Shown in pieces: positions 18,201-24,941 of a stretch of 32,000 nt of DNA (within the stretch, counting starts at the first letter, position 1; every line of letters starts with the position of its first letter). Below the pieces are notes generated by a model. That model was given only the letters and a program-made list of their open reading frames with translations. It made no database searches and was not told the origin of the DNA. The stretch covers positions 2,070,001-2,102,000 of the forward strand of contig FP565575.1 of assembly GCA_000091165.1 (NCBI GenBank), read 5' to 3'. This DNA is from Candidatus Methylomirabilis oxygeniifera. Its GTDB lineage: Bacteria; Methylomirabilota; Methylomirabilia; Methylomirabilales; Methylomirabilaceae. The position numbers and the translations under genes were made by a program.

Positions 18201-18752
18201 CTACTTGAAAGCATAGTTTATGTAGACGTGGTACGCTATGAGCAGCAACAACGCCATAGATAATCCGACATGGGCGCTGATCCACACCGGTCTGTACCAG
18301 GGCTTGTGGATTTTGACGATCTGAAAATTGAACAAGCCGGTGAGGAATGCCAGCAACAACGTCAGGCTGAGGATTTCGAGATAGCCGTATCCCAAGGTTT
18401 GGGAATGGCCAAAGAAAAACAACAGAAGCAGAGCGCCAAAAAGTTTGTGGCGACCCATCATGGTTGCGGCATTGCGCTGCTCCCCCTGAGCGCGCTTCAC
18501 GGAAAAACGCCACTGATAAAGAACAAACGCAAACAATCCGAAACCTGTGGCGAGCTTATACGTGTTGTCGTCTTGCAGTCCGGTCAACAAGGTCCACTGC
18601 CACCCGGTCGATTGCTGGACAATCAAAGCCACCAGCAGGAACAGGCCCAGCCAAAAATACCCCTTGGTGGGTACACCGGACCTCAGGCTGTCCGTCAGTG
18701 ACGATTTAAGTCGGTTGAAGCCTTGTATAACGACCAGGCTTTTAACGGGCAA
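18201..18752 (-). CDS. Small polytopic membrane protein (4-5 TM, conserved His), possibly a b-type cytochrome
   Basis: The track ORF 18201..19058 overlaps the upstream gene by 317 nt. I trimmed it to an in-frame TTG at 18752 (another lies at 18758); the first ATG is much further in. The TM segments are hydrophobic and carry His in or near them (FFFGHSQ, ISAHVGL, IAYHVYI). Confidence 0.45.
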   Translation of the reverse strand: MPVKSLVVIQGFNRLKSSLTDSLRSGVPTKGYFWLGLFLLVALIVQQSTGWQWTLLTGLQDDNTYKLATGFGLFAFVLYQWRFSVKRAQGEQRNAATMMGRHKLFGALLLLFFFGHSQTLGYGYLEILSLTLLLAFLTGLFNFQIVKIHKPWYRPVWISAHVGLSMALLLLIAYHVYINYAFK

Positions 18753-19611
18753 CGACAAGAGCGCCCCCTTCTTTGTTCGCTGCTGATCCGGGTTTTGGCT
18801 TGCTTGCCAGTGAGCTGAGCACCGCCAAAGTGTGCGGGGCTGTGCGCCTGGCGATTTCTCCCATGAACACCTCAGAGCTCGGCAGGAAATAACCCTCAGC
18901 CGGCCAGCGTTCGCCAATGGCGGGGGGATTGGCAAATTTCCGCGCCTTTTCAAGATAAGACTCGTAGGCTTCCTTGAAGCCTTGGCGTAAGGCGTCGAGC
19001 GTGCGGAGCAACTCGTCCATGGACACGCTGCCGCTTGGATACATCCACGTGGTCGCACCCATCACATCATTAAGCTTCCAGTCGTGCTTGGGTGATTGTT
19101 CGTGCTTGTTATGGCATTGAATGCAGCCCTCGACGACCGCCACATCACTGAACATGGCGACCTGCATTTGAATGTCGGGCATGAAAAAGAATTGCGGCTT
19201 AAGGGTTTGCTTGACCACCTGGAATTTTTCCAACTGCAGCCCCTCGAAGCGGTTCGCTGAGTTGACGGGATAGTCCGACCCCAGAAACAGGCTGAGCGGC
19301 GTCGGGTTCTTTTCCAGGCTTTTCGCCGTCTCACGTAGAAACAATGCGGGCAAAGGACCGGCCTCTACGTCCGCCTCACGCCAACGCTCGTCGAACTTCA
19401 AACCGGTCTGCTTGCCCGCGCCGACCACTTCCTTGGTCCACATTGCTCTCACCACGTCGTTTTCCGCCTTGAGAATCTCAAACATCCGTTCCACCGGGAT
19501 GGCCGCGTCGGCGGCCTTCTGCTCTTCCAATGGCGGCGGGGCACTGACAAACAGATAGATGCTCAAGGCACCCAGCGCCAGACAGGCGATCCAGAAGTTT
19601 TGTTTAGCCAT
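18742..19611 (-). CDS. Membrane-anchored c-type heme protein, DUF3365/Tll0287-like sensor fold
   Basis: Start ATG 19611 (MAKQNFWIACLALGALSIYLFV) overlaps the upstream stop (ATGGCTAA). There is a single CxxCH (VEGCIQCHNKHE) followed by WKLNDVMGATTW, resembling heme-c PAS-like sensor domains. Confidence 0.55.
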   Translation of the reverse strand: MAKQNFWIACLALGALSIYLFVSAPPPLEEQKAADAAIPVERMFEILKAENDVVRAMWTKEVVGAGKQTGLKFDERWREADVEAGPLPALFLRETAKSLEKNPTPLSLFLGSDYPVNSANRFEGLQLEKFQVVKQTLKPQFFFMPDIQMQVAMFSDVAVVEGCIQCHNKHEQSPKHDWKLNDVMGATTWMYPSGSVSMDELLRTLDALRQGFKEAYESYLEKARKFANPPAIGERWPAEGYFLPSSEVFMGEIARRTAPHTLAVLSSLASKPKPGSAANKEGGALVVAR

Positions 19612-20308
19612 CGTGACCATCCTGTTTTGCTTTGTAGTGAAGGGTTGTCCCATAAGGGGAGGGGCCACCGTCAAAATAGGCGCGGATTTTCTCTTTCGGC
19701 ATTCGCTTGTCGACCGATTTCTCAGTCTTCATGACGTGGTTGCCGTGGAAGTCGTGGCAGCCCAGGCAGGAGTCCCATTGCTTGTCGGCGATCAGGTCCG
19801 CATGGGACACGTCGATGGGATCTTTCTTTAAGCGGGTGTCCTTGTGGCAGTTCACGCAATAGTCGGTCTCCGCCAACGTGACACGCCTCCCCTGGTGCTC
19901 GGCGTGGCAAGAGACACACTGATGGGGACGCAGCTTTTCCCGAGCCTGGCTGAAACGGGGCTCGAGGAAGCGATAGACCGGGTGGCGGTCATTGGGTCGC
20001 TCGTGACAGGCCATGCAGTCCGCATTACCTACGGGAAGCCGTCCGAAGTAGGCGGGCACTTTACGCCAACCAACGGCATGGCGCAGATTGGCCTGAATCT
20101 GCTGGCGGAGGCTGCCTGGTGCGTTTTTATGGCAGGCCGCGCAGGCAAGCTTGCCGTGTCCTGTATTCATGGGTCCTTTCGCATGAAACCACTCCCCGAC
20201 GGGAAGCACGGTAAACGCCAGGATCGCAAATCCCAAACAGAAGCCGATCGCATAGGCGCGGTTTTGCCATTTCCGTGCCCCTCCAAGTTTCGCTCTCATG
20301 GCCGCCAC
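19604..20308 (-). CDS. Membrane-anchored pentaheme cytochrome c
   Basis: One N-terminal TM helix and five CxxCH motifs (CAACH, CMACH, CVSCH, CVNCH, CLGCH). The start is GTG 20308 or ATG 20299. Confidence 0.8.
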   Translation of the reverse strand: MAAMRAKLGGARKWQNRAYAIGFCLGFAILAFTVLPVGEWFHAKGPMNTGHGKLACAACHKNAPGSLRQQIQANLRHAVGWRKVPAYFGRLPVGNADCMACHERPNDRHPVYRFLEPRFSQAREKLRPHQCVSCHAEHQGRRVTLAETDYCVNCHKDTRLKKDPIDVSHADLIADKQWDSCLGCHDFHGNHVMKTEKSVDKRMPKEKIRAYFDGGPSPYGTTLHYKAKQDGHDG

Positions 20309-20419
20309 GTCAAGCTACGCGCCAGAAACTCACGCTGATGCATTAGGCCTTATCATGTCTGTCTACTGTGTAGCTTACCGGTAGCGAAGATGAAACGTCT
20401 ATTCACCCTCCGAATGAAG

Positions 20420-20465
20420 AGGGTGGGGGTGATCCGAAGGCAACCACTTGGCTCACCCCCACCCT
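20420..20465 (-). terminator. Stem-loop downstream of the 95-aa gene (possible terminator or processing site)
   Basis: 13-bp perfect stem: agggtgggggtga (20420-20432) and tcacccccaccct (20453-20465), with a 20-nt loop. There is no clear U-tract. Confidence 0.35.
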
Positions 20466-20497
20466 ATGCTTCCGGCCCTCAAGAGAACTTCTGAGAG

Positions 20498-20785
20498 CTA
20501 CTCGATGACCTCCATAATCCGACTCTGCACATTTGTGGCTAACTCCATGAGCTCGCTACGAAGCGCCTTGCGCTCATCGAGGGCCAAAATCTTATCGAAG
20601 TTGCTGAAGTCGCCGACCTCAATCGTAATGACCCGCTCCAACTTATTCGCCAAGTGGTCCCCATAGATGTGGAACCTCGAGACCCCTTGGTTGGCGAGCC
20701 AGAATTTTTTCATTTTACCGACTAAGAAGGCATCCAATGCGTCTTCTTTTCCTGGTGCGACTTCACACATGATGTGGTAGATCAT
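20498..20785 (-). CDS. Small cytoplasmic hypothetical protein (95 aa)
   Basis: Strong SD (AAAGGAGGAG) 6 nt before the ATG. No signal peptide. I recognise no family. Confidence 0.6.
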   Translation of the reverse strand: MIYHIMCEVAPGKEDALDAFLVGKMKKFWLANQGVSRFHIYGDHLANKLERVITIEVGDFSNFDKILALDERKALRSELMELATNVQSRIMEVIE

Positions 20786-21019
20786 CGTTGCTCCTCCTTT
20801 GACATCGGGTGTACGTTATGGTTGCCTTTCCTCGCCCCTGCACACGTCATCGATCACCCCCTCTCGGGATCAGTGCGTCGAACTGCCGCATACTCATCGA
20901 TCGCTTCGAGTGCTCTTGGGGGGCGCGCCGACTGTCGTCATTGAGTGCGATCCTGACGCACGCCTGCTACTGTAGCACTTAGCCATCATTCAGCGCACCG
21001 CTGCCATTGGGCTTAACGA

Positions 21020-21400
21020 CTATCGTCCTCCGGTAAAGCCTCTGACATAGACAACCAGATCCTTGATCTCGGACTCGGAAAACTTTAGCCCATATGCCGG
21101 CATCCCCCCCTTACTACCCTGCTTAATACTCCTGAAGAGGGCGTCATCGGACCGTGTTTGCATAAAGGCTGAGTTGGTTAAGTCTGGCACCCTAAACATA
21201 AAAAAAAGTGCTAATGCCTGAAACCCATTCCCCTTGCCGCTGGTGCCGTGGCATCTGGAGCATTTTGACTCGAAGTTCGACTGCCCGCTTACCGCACTTT
21301 TCGTCTCCGCGCCGGACGCGGAAGAGGCCCCCACAACGAACAACATCACCATCACGCCTAACCACTGGCAACGGAGCCGGGACAGAAAAAAAACGCGCAT
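21020..21400 (-). CDS. Monoheme class I cytochrome c (c55x-like), periplasmic
   Basis: Start ATG 21400, preceded by GAGGAGGG (the track offers 21445). Signal peptide (LGVMVMLFVVGASSASG), CSRCHG heme site, GGMPAYG distal Met, EIKDLVVYVRG tail. Confidence 0.8.
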   Translation of the reverse strand: MRVFFLSRLRCQWLGVMVMLFVVGASSASGAETKSAVSGQSNFESKCSRCHGTSGKGNGFQALALFFMFRVPDLTNSAFMQTRSDDALFRSIKQGSKGGMPAYGLKFSESEIKDLVVYVRGFTGGR

Positions 21401-21577
21401 CGTAATTGCCCTCCTCTCATCTAAAGGTGTAACCTGTGCGTGCATCGTTTTGTCACTCGTGTATACGTGGTTAGTGCGCTAACTCCATGATACCAAAGGG
21501 TCACGACCGGAACAATGCTTTTAAGCTGTAACGTTCGGGGTCGGATCTCACGTGTGAGGCGTCCGCGTTGACAAAGC

Positions 21578-21618
21578 GATACCTCCCAGCCAGCGCTACC
21601 ACTGTACTGGGAGGTATC
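21578..21618 (-). terminator. Putative terminator downstream of the first qNOR-like gene
   Basis: 12-bp perfect stem: gatacctcccag (21578-21589) and ctgggaggtatc (21607-21618), with a 17-nt loop. It lies 37 nt after the stop and has a weak T-tract. Confidence 0.45.
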
Positions 21619-21654
21619 AGCATGAAGTGTGCTGTGCCTACCTGGATTCTCAGG

Positions 21655-24081
21655 TTAGAATGCCTCGTCGCCGGCCGCCCAAGCCTCCCGCTCCTTCGCC
21701 TTCTCCCTGTCGTAGATGGTCCATTCACCTTCCTCGACGACAGAGGCTTCGCGGACCATCCGCCCTGCTCTTGACAGAATGAAATAGACGAGAGGCAACA
21801 CGCCGCCAAACAGGAAGACCGCGCCGCCGATCGTGCGCATCCACGTCAAGGTAATCCACACACTATCCGTGACGTGCGCCTGTGCTCGGGCAGCCCAAAG
21901 GCCTTCCTTGAAGACGGTTGCAACCTGGTACAGACCGACAGGGAACAAGTCCAACATCATCATCAGCACCAAGCCGACCTGCAACGACCAGAAAATGCCC
22001 TTGATCAGCTTCTCATTCCAGGCAGAGCGCTGGAACAGGTGCTGGCAGGCAAACAGCATACCGGCAATGGCGATGTTACCCTTGACACCGAACATGGCGG
22101 CATGGGCATGGTTGCCGGTGAGGTAGGTGCCGTGCTCATAGTAGTTGACGATGGGCAGGTTGATCAACGAGCCGAAGACACCCGCGCCGAAGATGTTCCA
22201 GAAGTTGACGGCAAGAATGAACGTCCAGACGCCGTCCATCACGAAGCGCTGCTTACCCTCGGCAATGTTTTCATGGGCCTTGGTCCGCTCCGTCCGCATC
22301 TTCCAGGCGTCCAGGGTGATCAACAGCAGCGGCAGCACCTGCATGGTGGAGAAGACGCTGCCCAGTGCGATGATCCCTGTCGGCTTGGCGATCCAGTAGA
22401 AGTTGTGGGAGATCCCGATCAGGGCGGTTACCAGGAACATCATGACGGCCAGGAAGATAACCCGCTCGGCCATCGCCCGGTTGACCAGACCCATCTGCAC
22501 CAGCATGTACCCAACGATACAGGTGGTGAAGACCTCGAAGGTGACCTCAACCCACATGTGAATGTTCATCCACCGCCAGTAGTCGGCGATGGCGAAGTTC
22601 TGCGATGGGGTCATGAACATCCCGAAGAACAGGAACAGCACCATGATACCGCTGCCGTAGAACAGCCAAGCCGGCACTGACCAGAGGTTCTGGCTGGTGA
22701 TCCAGGGCTTCACAGCGCGGAAGATGATGTAGACCCACAGACAGAACGAGGCCAGCATCAGGATATGCCAGAAGCGGCCCAGCTCCAGGAACTCCCAGCC
22801 CTGGCTGCCGAACCAGTAGGCCATGTCGTCGGTCATGTACCCCGTGTGGCCAAGGTAGATGCCGAACAGCGCGCCTGCGCCGACGATCAGACATAGTGTA
22901 AAGAGCAGGTTGATCAGGAACCGCTGGCCGTTCGGCACCTTCGAAATGCGGGGCAGGAAGAAGAGAGTGTAGCCGACCCAGGCCATGAAGAACCAGTAGA
23001 TCTGCACAATGGTATGCCACCCGCGAGTAACGGTGAAGGGGATGGTGAACCCCAATACCGTTGTGGCGATGGCACTACCCGGTCCACCGCCGACGAAATC
23101 TTCGGCGCTCAGGATACCGGCCAGCACCTGCACCAGGAACAGGATGACAGCGAACGCAAAGAACTTATAGGTGGCGCGCTGAGTCGGCCGCACATAGGCA
23201 TCGCCCTTGTTTTCAAGGTCGACCGTGGTGAGCGACCAATCGCGCCCGTTGAACGGCTCGCCGGGCAGGACCTTCATCTCCCCGTAGACGTACAGGACCA
23301 GCATGGTGCCACAGAACAGCACGAAGATCGAGATGAAACTCCAGAGATAGGTCTCGAACGTCGGAGTATTACCGACTAGCGGATCGGGTGGCCAGTTGTG
23401 AGTGTAGGTATAGTCAAAACCCGGCCGATTCGCCCCGGAGACCCAACCTCCCCAGAAGAAATATCCCGCTAGTGCTTTGAGGTCTTCAGGGCTACTGATA
23501 TGATTCTCGATCCTGCCCTTCATGAACGCTTCTTCGTAGGTGGCATCCGTAAACATGCGCGTATAGTGCGTGATCAACTCCTGATACGCAAAGACCTGAG
23601 CCGGATTGATACGGATGATGTTAGCAGCCGCATCATACCCGTTCTCATGGATTTCGCGCTTGACCCTGACCGAGATCATATCGCGATCCGCCTGGGTGAC
23701 GGGACGCTCCTTCGCGATCTCATTTTCGTAGAACTTGCTCATTGATACATAGGTATGGTGTAGTGCTTCAGCGGTGAAATCCGGACCGCGTTCACCGCCG
23801 TCTCCCCAAAAAGAGCCATAGGTCATCAGACCTTTCAGATGAAAGACCTGTTTCCCGCGCTGGATCTGCCACTCGGGGATGACGGTTTCTCCGGTAGATG
23901 ACAAGACATAATTGGTCAATGGCGGAGCTGAGGTATAAGTCCATACACCGAGGGCAACCAACCCAATGACACTGATAACGGTCACGATCAAGGCGTGAAG
24001 CCACCAGTACTTCTTAATCAGCAAGGCTTGGCCGAAGGTCCTATTAGTTTTCCCCATTCCACTACTTGAACTAGATCTCAT
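21655..24081 (-). CDS. nod: qNOR-like heme-copper oxidase with altered active and quinol sites: candidate NO dismutase (downstream copy)
   Basis: 808 aa from ATG 24081, which has an AGGAGG SD 5 nt upstream (the track uses GTG 24102). Architecture: N-terminal TM helix, a heme-free periplasmic domain (no CxxCH), then a 12-TM core. Motifs: RGWH, YWRWMNIHMWVEV, GISHNFYW, STMQVLPL, GNHAHAAMFG. Confidence 0.85.
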   Translation of the reverse strand: MRSSSSSGMGKTNRTFGQALLIKKYWWLHALIVTVISVIGLVALGVWTYTSAPPLTNYVLSSTGETVIPEWQIQRGKQVFHLKGLMTYGSFWGDGGERGPDFTAEALHHTYVSMSKFYENEIAKERPVTQADRDMISVRVKREIHENGYDAAANIIRINPAQVFAYQELITHYTRMFTDATYEEAFMKGRIENHISSPEDLKALAGYFFWGGWVSGANRPGFDYTYTHNWPPDPLVGNTPTFETYLWSFISIFVLFCGTMLVLYVYGEMKVLPGEPFNGRDWSLTTVDLENKGDAYVRPTQRATYKFFAFAVILFLVQVLAGILSAEDFVGGGPGSAIATTVLGFTIPFTVTRGWHTIVQIYWFFMAWVGYTLFFLPRISKVPNGQRFLINLLFTLCLIVGAGALFGIYLGHTGYMTDDMAYWFGSQGWEFLELGRFWHILMLASFCLWVYIIFRAVKPWITSQNLWSVPAWLFYGSGIMVLFLFFGMFMTPSQNFAIADYWRWMNIHMWVEVTFEVFTTCIVGYMLVQMGLVNRAMAERVIFLAVMMFLVTALIGISHNFYWIAKPTGIIALGSVFSTMQVLPLLLITLDAWKMRTERTKAHENIAEGKQRFVMDGVWTFILAVNFWNIFGAGVFGSLINLPIVNYYEHGTYLTGNHAHAAMFGVKGNIAIAGMLFACQHLFQRSAWNEKLIKGIFWSLQVGLVLMMMLDLFPVGLYQVATVFKEGLWAARAQAHVTDSVWITLTWMRTIGGAVFLFGGVLPLVYFILSRAGRMVREASVVEEGEWTIYDREKAKEREAWAAGDEAF
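22000..23269. repeat. Near-identical tract shared with 25287-26553 (paralog homogenisation)
   Basis: By direct comparison, 22000-22099 equals 25287-25386 (100/100). 22271-22835 equals 25558-26122 (564/565; the mismatch is at 22587). 23110-23269 equals 26394-26553 (160/160). The segments in between are visibly diverged. Confidence 0.9.
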
Positions 24082-24376
24082 CGCTACCTCCTGTGGCCAC
24101 ACCTTTTACTGAGGTGGTCACATTCCCATTTCCACTGCTTGTTCTTTTCTTTCCATCCAATCTTTCCATCCAAGTCATCGTTGATGCCTATCGCGTCGGG
24201 GGCGCACGTACTTGGTCGGCAAACCGGAGACCGCGGGTTAGCCGCCCAAAGCCTGATCGACCATCCGGTAACCCTTTGCTCAACCTCTCGATCCACGTCA
24301 TAGGCCTCATGAGCGCACTCCTCCTTGACTCCAGCGCCATCAGCTTACAGTCAAAATGTAGACTCTCCGGCAGGGC

Positions 24377-24415
24377 TTGTAAATTGGATGATCGGCTTAA
24401 TTTTCGATGCAAATG
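24377..24415 (-). promoter_or_regulatory. Conserved upstream element TTGTAAAT-N21-GATGCAWATG (copy upstream of the downstream nod paralog)
   Basis: ttgtaaat (24377-24384) and gatgcaaatg (24406-24415), 296-334 nt upstream of the ATG. Two copies upstream of the other paralog share the same architecture. Confidence 0.45.
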
Positions 24416-24851
24416 CATTAGTCCTGTGGAGTGTAATTGTTGGCCTCAGAACCAGTAAGCCGTGTTAACCACCCGGCGGGACAAATCGGCAGAGGGTCTG
24501 TCCAGGAGGGGTGAGACGACTATCTTTTCAAGTCACTTGCATCGGCCGGGATAAGCTCCAGGCGTTACTATAGAACACCGTTATAGGTATTATAGGACGC
24601 GGTCGACACTAAGTCAAGCGGTCGCGTCCCATAGTGGCCAGATGACCCACGTTAACTCTTCGGCGCGATAATAACAACGTTCTACTTATTCTTATTGAGG
24701 ATGGGGAAGATTTGGAGGGTGTGGAGATTGTCGGGAGAGCGCACTTCGAGCGAGCAAAGGCGTGCATAGGACTACGAAAGCGGTCAGAGGTCAGGCGGGT
24801 ATCCGGCGGCTTGTGCGGCTGGCCAGCCTCAGAAGAAGGGATGGGGGAGCA

Positions 24852-24901
24852 TAAAAAACAATACCCCCCGGCACAACATCTCTGTTGTGCCGGGGGGTAT
24901 T
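24852..24901 (-). terminator. Strong intrinsic terminator after the upstream qNOR-like gene
   Basis: Perfect 19-bp stem: aataccccccggcacaaca (24860-24878) and tgttgtgccggggggtatt (24883-24901), with a 4-nt loop. On the minus strand it is followed by GTTTTTTAT. Confidence 0.9.
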
Positions 24902-24941
24902 GAAAGTGCGTGCTACTTACGTGCAGACTAAGAACGTTAGA

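Noticed and set aside
18753-19058. N-terminal 102 codons of the track ORF 18201..19058
   Set aside because: This part overlaps the 3' end of the CxxCH protein gene in another frame. It is Arg/Pro/Cys-rich and non-membrane, unlike the rest of the ORF, so it was trimmed to an internal TTG.
21874-22680. 268-aa plus-strand ORF (and its twin at 25140-25967, 275 aa)
   Set aside because: Both are antisense to the qNOR-like genes. Their conservation between the two loci simply reflects the identical DNA tract. The products are Gly/Asp/His/Pro-rich and lack motifs.
24093-24903. Small ORFs in the nod intergenic region (24093-24458 plus strand, 24188-24418 minus strand, 24712-24903 plus strand)
   Set aside because: They have no SD, overlap each other, and the last one runs through the strong terminator hairpin. 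The region is better explained as a regulatory or leader sequence.
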